64,000 nucleotides of DNA from Candidatus Moraniibacteriota bacterium (GCA_052035095.1 JBPOHW010000004.1:23527-87526); one strand, 5' to 3'; positions 10,333-21,007 are shown, counted from the stretch's first letter. Program-made: numbers and translations. Notes: generated by a model not told the origin, from the sequence alone.

Positions 10333-10977
10333 ATGAATCAAAAAGCTCGAGCGCGGGAAATTTTGGGGCGGATTAAAAAAATGTATTCCGAGCCGGGGCC
10401 GTTTGTCGCGTGGTCGAATCCTTTGGAATTGGTCGCGGGGACGGTACTCTCGGCGCAGTGTACGGACGAGCGGGTGAATCGCGTGACGGAGAAGTTATTC
10501 AAGAAATATCGGACGGCGCAAGATTACGCGAACGCGAAATCGGAAGAACTCGAGCGCGATATTTATCAAACGGGATTCTACAAATCAAAAGCGAAGTATC
10601 TCAAGGGGATCGGAAAGCTCTTGGTTGAAAAGTTTGACGGGGAGGTGCCGAATGATTTCGACGCGCTCCTCACGTTTCCCGGCGTCGCGAGGAAAACCGC
10701 GCATATCGTGATGGCGAAGGCGTTTGGGAGATTTACGGGCGTCGCGGTCGATACGCACGTCTTGCGCCTCGCGCCGCGCATGGGACTCACGAAAGAAAAA
10801 GAACAGGAAAAAATCGCGCGCGATTTGGAACAACTCTTTCCTCGCGAAGAATATCTTCACGTGAACGAATACCTCATCACGCACGGTCGCGCGGTCTGTG
10901 TCCCGCGGAAGCCGAAATGCGGGGAATGTGAATTGGTGGAGCTCTGCTTGTTTGGAAGGAAATTATTAGGTCGATAA
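10333..10977 (+). CDS. nth: Endonuclease III
   Basis: LSAQCTDERVN, HhH motif FPGVARKTA, VDTHV, C-terminal C-x6-C-x2-C-x5-C Fe-S motif. Confidence 0.95.
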   Translation: MNQKARAREILGRIKKMYSEPGPFVAWSNPLELVAGTVLSAQCTDERVNRVTEKLFKKYRTAQDYANAKSEELERDIYQTGFYKSKAKYLKGIGKLLVEKFDGEVPNDFDALLTFPGVARKTAHIVMAKAFGRFTGVAVDTHVLRLAPRMGLTKEKEQEKIARDLEQLFPREEYLHVNEYLITHGRAVCVPRKPKCGECELVELCLFGRKLLGR

Positions 10978-11000
10978 AACGTGAGCGTCATAGAGAGGAA

Positions 11001-11092
11001 GAATGAGGAATAAAGAATTAAGAATAAGGCAAAAATCGGAAACGAAAACGATTTTGTTTGAGGCTTAATTCCTGATTCCTTATTCCTGATTC
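11001..11092. repeat. Inverted pair of degenerate 7-nt tandem arrays
   Basis: GAATNAG/GAATAAA-type units upstream and ATTCCTG/ATTCCTT units downstream, around a short hairpin. Confidence 0.7.
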
Positions 11093-11161
11093 CTTTTCAT
11101 CAATTCGCCGTCACGATGAAGATTCGGGCGGTGCGGAGTTTTTACAATCCATTGGGACTTT

Positions 11162-14100
11162 TTGGTTTTTTGGTGTATACTTTTGGAAGGCGAGAATTTT
11201 TTGGACGCTCGTGTGGGAGGGTATATATCAAAACACAATTCATTTCGTTCGCGACGGGCTCGCCGATATTTTTCGTGGCGGTCTGTTCGTCATTTGAAAC
11301 CGAAATATGTCGGATTTTCTTTGGTGTGCGCGCTTCTCGTTTCCGGCGCGTATTTGTTGTTCTCGGGGCAGATCCGGAGCATTTTTGCCGATGGAGAAAT
11401 TACCGAAACCTGGAACTTCGCGACGCCTGCGGAATACACGGCGTCTTCGGGGGTGACGGTTGACGGATCGAATACCGAGTCGCGGCTTTCGATAATGAAT
11501 TACGCAAGCGATACCGACACGATGGCGCTCTATCATTTCGATGAATCAAGCGGCGATACGGCGAGCGACGCTTCTTCCTATACCAATAACGCGTCAATCG
11601 CGACGGGAACGGGGAGCTTCGGCTCGGGGAGCCTCAATAATGCATTGACACTGAATGGCGCGACGACATTTGTCTCGGCGCCGGATATCGATGCAACGTC
11701 TCTGACGGGCAATTTTACGATAGAAGCGTGGACGAAATTTCCTTCGGGATTCTCGGATACGACGAGCCGGGTGCGAGAGGGGATACTCGATAAAGGCGCG
11801 TACAAGCTCTACTATGACAATGAAACCGGGAAGGTCGTCTTTGAACTCGAGCCGAATACGGTGGCGGCGGTGAACTGGACGCAGGTTGGCGGTCCGGATC
11901 TTCTCAATCAAAATGGCGCATCGCAAAATGTTGAGTTTAACCAAAGCTGGGACGCGAACAGCAAAAACTTCGTGTGGCGACAGGTGGTTGTCGGGAGTGA
12001 TATTTATGTGGCTCTGGGAAGTATAACGACGGGAGTGACCGTGACGGGTGACGCGGAAGTATGGAAGTGTACGGACTGCGCGACGAGCCCGGTGTGGTCC
12101 AAAATCGGTGGTGACGGGATCAATAGCAGTTGGGAAGACGGCACCTACGAAGATGCCTCGTCGCTCGTCTCGGATGGAACCAATCTCTATGCCGGTCTCG
12201 GGAATCGCTCCGCCGAGGCGGAAGTGTGGCGGTTCAAAAGCGGGTCGTGGTCCAAGATAGGTGGCGACGGCACGAACTCGAGTTGGCTTACAACGACACC
12301 GGGTCCCTATGAGCGCGTGACGAGCATGGTGGCGGATGGAACGACGGTGTACGCGGGGCTTGGAACGACGGCGGGCGATGCCGAAGTCTGGAAATGTACA
12401 AGTTGCGATGGCGGGAGCCCGTCGTGGTCCAAGGTGGGCGGTGATGGAACGGGATCGGGCGGGCAGAGCTGGACGACATCGACCTATGAAGAGGTAGCGG
12501 CGCTTGCGATTGTGAATGGGACGACGCTTGCGGTGGGACTTGGGACGGGCGGTGGCGACGGCGAACTTTGGACCTGCGCAACCTCGAGTTGTACCGTGAC
12601 GTCGGGCTGGACGAAGCGTGGTGGCGACGCGTCCGGTTCGGGCGGGCAGTCATGGACCAATGCCTATGATGAGGTTCGCGCGATTACCTCGAACGGAACC
12701 GTGATATATGTCGGTATCGGCGTTTCAACAACGGAAGCGGAAGTGTGGCGGTGTGATATTGGCGGGACATGCACGACGACCTCGGGATGGACTAAGGTAG
12801 GCGGTGACGGAACGGGATCGAGTTGGAATACGAATTATGAGCGTGTCTGGTCGCTCCTTGCGAACGGAACCACGGTCTATGCCGGTATCGGCGATGGTGC
12901 GGGCGATGCCGAAGTCTGGAAATGTACAAGTTGCGATGGCGGGAGTCCGTCGTGGTCGCAGATTGGCGGCGATGGAAATGGAAATCCGCCGCAGTCATGG
13001 GGAAATCAGACCGGAGCGTCGTTTTATTACGCCTCAAGTCTCGCTCTTATCGGAACGAATATCTTCATCGGGGCGTCGAGTGCGGCCGGGACGAGCGGCG
13101 CCGAAGTGTGGCGGTGCGATACGAGTGGGACCTGCAGTAATACCGCTGGGTGGACGCGGATTGCCGGGCAATACCTCAACAAAAGTTGGGGCGCGTTCAA
13201 TCTCAATAGCATCGAATCCATGGCGGTTTCAGATGGGAAACTTTATGCGGGTATGGGGTATGATACGGGAGCGGCGACATCAAACGGCAATGCGATGGTG
13301 TGGGAATTCGATGGGACGAATTGGACGATGATCGGCGGGCAAGGGATAAATAGCTCGTGGACGTATGGACATCCGTCGATTTCGACCTCTACCTATCGAG
13401 CGGTAACGTCGATGACGGGGTATAAAGGAGGTCTCTTCGTCGGTTTGGGCGGATCAACCAATGGCGATGCGGAAGTGTGGCGTTGGAACGGGACGGTCTG
13501 GTCCAAGGTGGGCGGGGATAGCGATGCGTCGGGCGACAATTCGTGGGCGGCAGGGACGAAGCGGTCGGTGCCCGCAATGATCACGATCGGCGATAAGCTC
13601 TATATCGGACTCCAGGGAACGGCGGCGGGCGATGGCGAGCTTTGGTCGTGCGATCTTTCGGGCACCTGTGATACGACGAATGGCTGGACATTTTTGGGTG
13701 GCGACGCGACTGGTGCCGGCGGGCAGTCATGGGCGACGACGGGGCACGCGGCAGTGTGGAGCATGACGTCTCGTGGGACGAATATTTATGTCGGGTTGGG
13801 ATCGAGTACGAATTATGCCGATGTGTGGACCGCCGATACGGCGACGTGTACGCGAACGACCGGTTGGACAAAAATCGGCGGTGGCGGAACGAATTCAAGT
13901 TGGAATACGAGTTACGAAGAGGTGACGGCGCTCACCTGGTATCGCAATGAACTTTATGCGGGACTTGGCGCGAGCGCGGGCGACGCGGAGGTGTGGAAGT
14001 GGAATGGGGCGAGCTGGGGTGGGACGGCAATTGCCGGCGATGGGTTGAATGATAGCTGGGAAGATCTTCTGTATGAACGAGTCCGTTCGCTCAAGAGTTT

Positions 14101-17100
14101 TAACGGTAATCTTATTGTCGGGCTGGGCGATAGCGCCGGTGAGGGCGAGGTGTGGCAGTATGACACGAGTACCTGGACCAAAATCGGCGGTGATGGCGCT
14201 CGTTCCGGATGGACGAATGTGATTGAACGGCTCGGGGCGCTCGCGGCGTATCGCGGGAAGCTCTATGCCGGCGTCGGACTTACGGCAAATAGCGACGCGA
14301 CCGTGTGGGCGTATGGAAACAATGAAATCGTCGAGTCGTCGGCGACGAGTCAGGATTCCGACTGGCATCATATCGCCGTGACCTCGAACGGCTCGACGCT
14401 TCGAATGTATATTGACGGGACCGAAGTGGATAGCGAGAGTCTCTCCGGGTCTCTCGCTAACACGGCGCACCCCTTGGTTCTTGGAGGACTTGCGGGCGGC
14501 GGGCAATATACCGGCGCGGCGCCGGGAATATTAAACGGGAGTATCGATGAAATTCGTATCAGTGATACGGTGCGCGCGTCGTTTCAGACAACGCCGTATT
14601 CGAGTAGCTACGAAACCGTCGAGCTTTCAGATCCGGTACATACCTCCGGGGTTGAGAAGTGGGATTCGTTTGCGGCGAACGAAGACGCGCCGGGGGATAT
14701 CACCTATCGTCTCTCGGATAATGGGGGCTCAACCTGGAAATATTGGAACAGTTCCGCGTGGGTAGCTTCGTCGGGCTTCGGGGAAGCGAATCCGGTCGCG
14801 ACGGTGAATACGAATATCCCGACCTTTCCGGTCTCAACGGGTGGACTGGTGTGGCAGGCAATTCTCCTTGGAAATGGCGATGAGGTCGTGAAGCTTAACT
14901 CGGTGGATCTCGTCGCGACCGAGGATCTTGTGGCGCCCGCATGGCCCGGGAGCCCGACACTCATTGCGAAGAATCAGTCCGGCGGGACGACCGATCTCAC
15001 GACGGCGACGTGGTACACCTATTCGGCGCCCTACTTCGAGTGGTCGGCGGCGACGGATACGGACGGATCGGGAGTGATCGGATACTATGTATGCTTCAGT
15101 TCTCCGGCGTGCTCCGATCCGGTGACCGATGGCGATTTCCAAGTGGGGAATAGCTACACGGCGACGACCGACACGAGTGGCGCGGCGCTGGTCTCGGGAC
15201 AGAAGTACACGCTCTCGGTCAAAGCGAAAGACAACGCGCAGAACACGAGTGTGCTTTTTACCATCCCCTTTGTCTACTGGCTCGATTCGACGGTGCCCAC
15301 TGATCCCGTGGGTGGTGTCACGGCGGCGCCCGCGGTGTATTCTCCCGACGACGACTTTTCTTTTCTCTGGAATGCGGCGGTTGACGGGAATGGCAATCCG
15401 GCGACCAACTCGATGATTGCCGGCTATCAGTATCAGATTGCCGATACCCCGGTCGTCGACGGGTGGTCGGCGACCATCACCGAAACGCAGATTGATATTG
15501 TTGACGCCGCATATCGAACCGGCGAGAACTCTTTCTATCTCCGGACGATTGACAATGCCGGCAATGTCACGGACGGTACGGAGCGAGTCAGGTTTTATTA
15601 TGCCGGTTCGGGACCGACGGAGCCGCGGAATTTGCAGGCGATACCGGAGAGTAATACCGCAAACTCCTTCGCTTTCAGTTGGGATCCGCCGTCTTCTTTT
15701 TCGGGTGATCCGGAGGATCTCACGTATTGCTATACCGTGAACACCGTTCCGACCGAAGATGCCTGCACCTTTACGACCGCCGGTATCGAATCGATCGCCG
15801 CTTCCGCCTTTGCGACCCAGCATGACAATCTTTTCTACGTGGTCGCGAAGAATCCGGAGGATTTGGGCGGGACCATCAACTATGGCGCGTACACGAGTGT
15901 TCCATTTACCGCCAATACGAGCGCACCTGGCATTCCGCTCAATATCGATATCGCCGATGTGTCGGTCAAGAATACCGAATCGTGGAAACTCGCGATCTCA
16001 TGGGAAGAGCCGTCCGATATCGGCTCCGGCGTCGACTCGTATCAGATCTATCACGCCGAGAGCGAGGGCGGGACCTATTCCAAAGTCGCGTCGACGAGCG
16101 GTATCGCGTTTGTCGACACGGGACTTGAGCAGATCACGCACTACTATAAGGTGCGCGCCTGCGATGATGTCAATAACTGCGGTGCCTACAGCGAAGTGGT
16201 ATCGCTCTATCCGACGGGGAAGTACACGGAGCCGGCGACGATTGGCTCGGGTCCCACGGTTTCTCTCATTACCACCAAGAGTGCGACGATCAGTTGGTCT
16301 ACGAATCGCACGTCCGACAGTAAGGTACAGTACGGGAAGAGTTCCGGAACCTATTATTCGGAAGAGCCGAGCAATTCGGAACAGGTGACGGATCACGTGA
16401 TCAAACTCTCAAACCTTTCGCCCGGCACGACCTATCACTATCGCGCGCGTTGGACGGATGAGGATGGGAATACGGGTGTCTCGGGCGAGAAATCGTTTAA
16501 GACTGATCCCGCGCCGACCGTTGTCGACCCCAAGGCGAAGAGTGTGGGGCTTTCGAGCGCCATTCTCGAGTTTACCGCGAAGGGCGCGAGCAAAGTGAAA
16601 ATTTATTACGGCCTCACGGAAGCCTTCGGACTTGTGAAAGAAGTCGCGACCTCCGAAGCCGAGACGACCTATACGACGAGTATTGAGGACCTGCTCGACG
16701 GGACGAAATATTTCTACAAAATCAACACCGTGGACAGCGAGGCGGAAGAATATGAGGGGAATACACTTTCTTTCGAGACGCTCCCGCGTCCCAAAATCGA
16801 AGAGGTGAAGATACAACAGGTGAAGGGAACGGCGCAAACGGTACTCCTCATTTCGTGGAAAACCAATACCGAGACGTCGTCCATCGTCTCCTATGTTCCC
16901 GATGGGAATACCGGCGAGGCGAAAGACGAAGTGGACGTGAAGATGGTGAAGGGCGAGCACAAGATGTTGATCAAAAATCTCTTGCCGCAGACGGGATATA
17001 CGTTGACCGTGAAGGGTCGGGATAATTTCGGGAATGAAGCGAGTTCCGAGCCGCTACGCTTTACCACGGCGACCGATACGCGCGCGCCGCAAATTATCGA

Positions 17101-17455
17101 CGCCAATGTCGAAGGACTTATCGTAAAAACGAATGAAGGAAGCGAGGGCGAGCCGGAGGCACAGCTCATTGTGACGTGGACGACGGATGAGTCGGCGACG
17201 GCGCAGGTCGAGTATGGCGAGGGAACCGGCTCTTCCTATCCGCAGAAGACGCAGGAAGACGCCGCGCTCGTATCGAATCATACGGTCGTCATTTCCAAAC
17301 TCTCGCCGTCAAAAGTTTATCATCTCCGTATTCTCTCCAAGGACAAGGCGGGCAATGTGGGGCAGTCCATCGATATCGTTTCCATTACGCCCAAAGCGAC
17401 CGAAAACGCGCTCGACATCGTATTCTCAAGTCTCAAATCCATTTTTGGAAAGTAG
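11162..17455 (+). CDS. Giant secreted/surface protein: LamG domain interrupted by 14 beta-propeller-like repeats, then multiple fibronectin-III/Ig-like domains
   Basis: Basic N-terminus plus hydrophobic segment; LamG halves (ALYHFDE...FTIEAW and WHHIAVT...YIDG...GSIDEIRIS); W.K.GGDG...GDAEVW repeats; FN3 motifs (LSNLSPGTTYHYR). Exact start uncertain. Confidence 0.85.
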   Translation: MVFWCILLEGENFLDARVGGYISKHNSFRSRRARRYFSWRSVRHLKPKYVGFSLVCALLVSGAYLLFSGQIRSIFADGEITETWNFATPAEYTASSGVTVDGSNTESRLSIMNYASDTDTMALYHFDESSGDTASDASSYTNNASIATGTGSFGSGSLNNALTLNGATTFVSAPDIDATSLTGNFTIEAWTKFPSGFSDTTSRVREGILDKGAYKLYYDNETGKVVFELEPNTVAAVNWTQVGGPDLLNQNGASQNVEFNQSWDANSKNFVWRQVVVGSDIYVALGSITTGVTVTGDAEVWKCTDCATSPVWSKIGGDGINSSWEDGTYEDASSLVSDGTNLYAGLGNRSAEAEVWRFKSGSWSKIGGDGTNSSWLTTTPGPYERVTSMVADGTTVYAGLGTTAGDAEVWKCTSCDGGSPSWSKVGGDGTGSGGQSWTTSTYEEVAALAIVNGTTLAVGLGTGGGDGELWTCATSSCTVTSGWTKRGGDASGSGGQSWTNAYDEVRAITSNGTVIYVGIGVSTTEAEVWRCDIGGTCTTTSGWTKVGGDGTGSSWNTNYERVWSLLANGTTVYAGIGDGAGDAEVWKCTSCDGGSPSWSQIGGDGNGNPPQSWGNQTGASFYYASSLALIGTNIFIGASSAAGTSGAEVWRCDTSGTCSNTAGWTRIAGQYLNKSWGAFNLNSIESMAVSDGKLYAGMGYDTGAATSNGNAMVWEFDGTNWTMIGGQGINSSWTYGHPSISTSTYRAVTSMTGYKGGLFVGLGGSTNGDAEVWRWNGTVWSKVGGDSDASGDNSWAAGTKRSVPAMITIGDKLYIGLQGTAAGDGELWSCDLSGTCDTTNGWTFLGGDATGAGGQSWATTGHAAVWSMTSRGTNIYVGLGSSTNYADVWTADTATCTRTTGWTKIGGGGTNSSWNTSYEEVTALTWYRNELYAGLGASAGDAEVWKWNGASWGGTAIAGDGLNDSWEDLLYERVRSLKSFNGNLIVGLGDSAGEGEVWQYDTSTWTKIGGDGARSGWTNVIERLGALAAYRGKLYAGVGLTANSDATVWAYGNNEIVESSATSQDSDWHHIAVTSNGSTLRMYIDGTEVDSESLSGSLANTAHPLVLGGLAGGGQYTGAAPGILNGSIDEIRISDTVRASFQTTPYSSSYETVELSDPVHTSGVEKWDSFAANEDAPGDITYRLSDNGGSTWKYWNSSAWVASSGFGEANPVATVNTNIPTFPVSTGGLVWQAILLGNGDEVVKLNSVDLVATEDLVAPAWPGSPTLIAKNQSGGTTDLTTATWYTYSAPYFEWSAATDTDGSGVIGYYVCFSSPACSDPVTDGDFQVGNSYTATTDTSGAALVSGQKYTLSVKAKDNAQNTSVLFTIPFVYWLDSTVPTDPVGGVTAAPAVYSPDDDFSFLWNAAVDGNGNPATNSMIAGYQYQIADTPVVDGWSATITETQIDIVDAAYRTGENSFYLRTIDNAGNVTDGTERVRFYYAGSGPTEPRNLQAIPESNTANSFAFSWDPPSSFSGDPEDLTYCYTVNTVPTEDACTFTTAGIESIAASAFATQHDNLFYVVAKNPEDLGGTINYGAYTSVPFTANTSAPGIPLNIDIADVSVKNTESWKLAISWEEPSDIGSGVDSYQIYHAESEGGTYSKVASTSGIAFVDTGLEQITHYYKVRACDDVNNCGAYSEVVSLYPTGKYTEPATIGSGPTVSLITTKSATISWSTNRTSDSKVQYGKSSGTYYSEEPSNSEQVTDHVIKLSNLSPGTTYHYRARWTDEDGNTGVSGEKSFKTDPAPTVVDPKAKSVGLSSAILEFTAKGASKVKIYYGLTEAFGLVKEVATSEAETTYTTSIEDLLDGTKYFYKINTVDSEAEEYEGNTLSFETLPRPKIEEVKIQQVKGTAQTVLLISWKTNTETSSIVSYVPDGNTGEAKDEVDVKMVKGEHKMLIKNLLPQTGYTLTVKGRDNFGNEASSEPLRFTTATDTRAPQIIDANVEGLIVKTNEGSEGEPEAQLIVTWTTDESATAQVEYGEGTGSSYPQKTQEDAALVSNHTVVISKLSPSKVYHLRILSKDKAGNVGQSIDIVSITPKATENALDIVFSSLKSIFGK

Positions 17456-17481
17456 TGTTTGTCGGTTCCAGCCTCGTGAGC

Positions 17482-17565
17482 GTTGCCTCGACCGAGAAAA
17501 AGAATTTTTCTCATATACGATTACGTAAGATTTCGAAAGATTCTTTTTCTCGGTCTCGGCGTGCA
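17482..17565 (+). repeat. Palindromic intergenic element family R1, copy 2
   Basis: GTTGCC...GGCGTGCA; long inverted repeat; loop identical to copy 3. Confidence 0.9.
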
Positions 17566-17603
17566 TAAAAAATGTTTTAGGATATTTTAAGTAGTGAGGG
17601 TCT

Positions 17604-18506
17604 ATGTCTGAAATCATCACTCCTCTGTCAAATACGCCCGCTCCCAATCCGCGTACGCCGGCATATGACGCGCCGGGAAACGCGGGAGAGGCGATTATCA
17701 CCGTGACCGATGTGTACAAATCGTTCCATCTCGGGACGCAGATCATCGATGTCTTGAAGGGCATTACGTTTACCGTGGAGCGGGCGGATTTCTTGATCGT
17801 CTTCGGCCCTTCGGGGTGCGGGAAGTCAACGCTGCTTCACATTATTCTTGGACTCGAAGGTCCTTCGAAAGGCACGATGACGTTTCTTGGGAAAAATCTT
17901 TATGAACCGGGCATTCCCGAGGACTATCGGTCCGAATTTCGGAAAAAGCATATCGGTATGGTGTACCAGCAGTCGAATTGGGTGAAGTCGCTCAGTGTGC
18001 TCGAGAATATCGCGTTTCCGCTCTACCTCTTGGGATGGGATCGACTGCGCGCTTTTGAGCGAGCGTACAAAGCGCTCGACGAGGTGGAGCTCTCGGCGTG
18101 GGCGGATTATCACCCGATGGATCTTTCGAGCGGACAGCAACAGCGTATCGCGGTCGCGCGAGCGCTCATTACCGATCCGGAAGTGATTATCGCCGACGAG
18201 CCGACCGGCAACCTCGATTATGACGCCGGCGAGATGCTCCTCAAGCTTTTGCGCTCATTGAATGAACGCGGGAAAACCCTTATTATGGTGACACATGACC
18301 TTGAATATTTGGCGTACGCGAAGACGGCGCTCTCGATGCGCGACGGACATCTCCTTGGCATTTATCGCGGCGAAGAAAAGGCGAATTTGGAAAAAGAATT
18401 GAAATACAAGCGCGGCGTGAGCATTCAGCAGGGAGCGGGTATCGAGGAGGATCCAAACGCGGCACCGGTCGTGTTTTCCTACGGCGCCGCAAGCGCCGCG
18501 AAGTGA
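17604..18506 (+). CDS. ABC transporter ATP-binding protein (MacB/LolD type)
   Basis: GPSGCGKST, LSSGQQQR, IIADEPTGNLD and MVTHD motifs. Confidence 0.95.
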   Translation: MSEIITPLSNTPAPNPRTPAYDAPGNAGEAIITVTDVYKSFHLGTQIIDVLKGITFTVERADFLIVFGPSGCGKSTLLHIILGLEGPSKGTMTFLGKNLYEPGIPEDYRSEFRKKHIGMVYQQSNWVKSLSVLENIAFPLYLLGWDRLRAFERAYKALDEVELSAWADYHPMDLSSGQQQRIAVARALITDPEVIIADEPTGNLDYDAGEMLLKLLRSLNERGKTLIMVTHDLEYLAYAKTALSMRDGHLLGIYRGEEKANLEKELKYKRGVSIQQGAGIEEDPNAAPVVFSYGAASAAK

Positions 18507-18541
18507 AAAATTCCCGTCGTCAGGTACCAGTTTCTCTGAAG

Positions 18542-18625
18542 GTTGCCGAGACTGCAAAAAAGAATTTTTCTCATATACGATTACGTAAGATTTCGAAAAA
18601 TTCTTTTTTGCAGTCTCGGCGTGCA
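18542..18625 (+). repeat. Palindromic intergenic element family R1, copy 3
   Basis: GCCGAGACTGCAAAAAAGAATTTTTC / GAAAAATTCTTTTTTGCAGTCTCGGC inverted repeat. Confidence 0.9.
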
Positions 18626-18660
18626 AGGTTGTAAGTCGTCAGTCGTCTGTTGCTTTCTCT

Positions 18661-20958
18661 ATGCGATTTCTTTTCTTCGGAAAAAAGAAAAAAACGGAAG
18701 ACGTGCAGGATGCCGCGGCGCATGGTGTTGCGGTTATGGAGGCGTCGAATGTTCCCGCGAAAGCGTTTTTCCTCGTTCGCATGTGGCGGGGGATTATCGG
18801 TATCCCGAGATTTTTCAAAGAAACGTTTCTCCGCCTCTTTCTTTTCGTAGTTCTTCTCCTTTTCTACATTATCGTTCGCGGGTCGTTTTCGCTCTATTGT
18901 CGGGTGCTCAAAATTTTTCGCTCAAAGAGTGAGCAGTCAAGCGAGGTGATGTTTGCCAAGCTCTCGAGTAGGATCGAGCGGTTGTTTCGTATCGAACGGC
19001 GCGAGTCTATTGATCGTATCAGCCTGATCGGTATCGCGATTCGGAATATGAAGGTAAAGAAAACGCGAACGGCGATTACGATCGGCGGTATGGCGATGGG
19101 GATCGCGTCCATTGTGTTTCTCGTGTCGCTCGGGTATGGCGTCCAACGCCTCGTCATTTCGCAGGTGGCGCGACTCGAAGAAATGAAGCAAGTAGATGTG
19201 TCGCCGCAGGCGGGCGGCAAGGTAAAAATCAACGATGAGACACTTGCGACAATGAAAGAAATTCCGAATGTCGCCTCGGTCGCGCCACAGGTCGCGGTTG
19301 TCGGAAAAGTGAATTATCAGGGGTCGGTTTCGGATATGGCGGTCTATGCGGTGACGTCCGACTACCTCCGTCAGTCGGCGATACAACCGTCATCGGGAAC
19401 CATATTCGAGAGCAATGATCTCTCGGCGAGTCTTCCCGACCGAGAAACGGTTGCGGGCGTGAGCGATGTCGTCGAACGCGCGCCACTCGGGTTTGGGGAC
19501 ATACTCGAGACGGTGTCGGTGCGTTCGCTTTCGGAGTCGTGGGTGCGCTTGCGGGAATCGCCGGATCCGAAGTCGAGACTCCTTGGTCTTGTTCCCGTTA
19601 CGGAAGTGGGATTTCCGGGGGCGCTGGTCGTCGGGAAATCCTATGGGAGCACGGTTCCCGATACGGGAGAAGCGTACGCGGATGATCGTGGCGGGACTTT
19701 CGGGAAGTGGGTATCGGTCGAGGCGGCGGTGTGGGAGAAGTCGTCCGAGTGTTTTCCTTCAAATGGTTGTAAGAATGGATTTTCCCCACTCAAACGGCAA
19801 AGTGGCGACCCGAAAGTCGAGCAGGGATATTTCGCGCTCGTAGATGAGGATATTACCGTGTATCCGGTCGCGCAAGAGCAGTTTGCTCAGGATATCGAAG
19901 GCGCGGAAGCGATTGAGGCGGGAACGGTTCTCGGGGAGAGTACGGAAGTGGCGGTGGCTGATACAGTGACGCCGACTGATCCGACTGTGGCGGTCGCGGA
20001 GACTTCTTCGGAAACATCCGAATCGAGCGCCACTCCGGAAGCGCCTTCGGAGGCGGGTGGAATACAGGTTTCCGGCTCTGATGGCGATTGGGTGGAAATT
20101 GATCTGGGTGACAACGCGGACGGGAACGACGAGGTGGAGCGGGTGGCGCTCGGAGCGGCGGCGAAGAAAGAAGCGGTCGTCAATCGCGCGATGCTTCGGG
20201 TCTTGGGGCTTCCGGAGGGGGAGGCGCTCGGGAAGAAATTCAACGTGTCATTTGTGGTGACGGGGAGTCTTTTGGGCGAGGGAAAGGCGAAGAAGCTCGA
20301 GTCGACGGATGCCGAGTATACGATACTCGGTGTCATACCCGAAGACAAAACACCTATTTTTTATGTGCCGTTTCTCGATGTTCGGACGCTCGGCGTGACG
20401 AATTACTCGCAGGTCAAAGTTACTACGGCGACACAGGAAGCGCTTCCCAATGTTCGTCGGCAGATCGAGGGGATGGGGTATGTGACGACGTCCGTTTCGG
20501 ACACGGTCGAACAGATCAATAATTTTTTCGGGACGGCGCGCATCGTCTTGGCGCTCCTCGGTATGGCGGCCTTGGGTGTCGCGGCGCTCGGGATGTTTAA
20601 TACGCTCACCGTGTCACTCCTTGAGCGGACGCGCGAAGTGGGACTTATGAAAGCAATGGGGATGAAGGCGTCCGAAGTGCAGGAACTTTTCTTGACCGAG
20701 TCTATGGTGATGGCGTTTTTTGGAGGCATTTTCGGTTTGTTGATCGGGTTTCTCTCGGGGAAAGGCTTGGGACTCATTATTTCCACGGTTGCGTTTTTGC
20801 GCGAGAAGCATATGGGCGTTCTCGATGTGTCCTATATTCCCACGATGTTCATCGTCACCATCCTCCTTTTTTCGCTCGCGGTCGGTGTGTTGACCGGACT
20901 TTATCCGGCGCGCCGCGCGACGAAAATTTCCGCCCTGAACGCTCTCCGATACGAGTAG
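18661..20958 (+). CDS. MacB/FtsX-family ABC permease with large extracytoplasmic insertion
   Basis: RNM...KTRTAITIGG N-terminus, ERTREVGLMKAMG, and GLYPARRATKISALNALRYE C-terminus. Confidence 0.9.
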   Translation: MRFLFFGKKKKTEDVQDAAAHGVAVMEASNVPAKAFFLVRMWRGIIGIPRFFKETFLRLFLFVVLLLFYIIVRGSFSLYCRVLKIFRSKSEQSSEVMFAKLSSRIERLFRIERRESIDRISLIGIAIRNMKVKKTRTAITIGGMAMGIASIVFLVSLGYGVQRLVISQVARLEEMKQVDVSPQAGGKVKINDETLATMKEIPNVASVAPQVAVVGKVNYQGSVSDMAVYAVTSDYLRQSAIQPSSGTIFESNDLSASLPDRETVAGVSDVVERAPLGFGDILETVSVRSLSESWVRLRESPDPKSRLLGLVPVTEVGFPGALVVGKSYGSTVPDTGEAYADDRGGTFGKWVSVEAAVWEKSSECFPSNGCKNGFSPLKRQSGDPKVEQGYFALVDEDITVYPVAQEQFAQDIEGAEAIEAGTVLGESTEVAVADTVTPTDPTVAVAETSSETSESSATPEAPSEAGGIQVSGSDGDWVEIDLGDNADGNDEVERVALGAAAKKEAVVNRAMLRVLGLPEGEALGKKFNVSFVVTGSLLGEGKAKKLESTDAEYTILGVIPEDKTPIFYVPFLDVRTLGVTNYSQVKVTTATQEALPNVRRQIEGMGYVTTSVSDTVEQINNFFGTARIVLALLGMAALGVAALGMFNTLTVSLLERTREVGLMKAMGMKASEVQELFLTESMVMAFFGGIFGLLIGFLSGKGLGLIISTVAFLREKHMGVLDVSYIPTMFIVTILLFSLAVGVLTGLYPARRATKISALNALRYE

Positions 20959-21007
20959 TTTCACGAGTAGTTTCAATTTATTTTTCTTAAGTTCTCCTCC
21001 CTTGAAA

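Noticed and set aside
12371-12957. DGR template/variable repeat pair
   Set aside because: Both copies are coding, the single difference is C/T rather than adenine-specific, and there is no RT.
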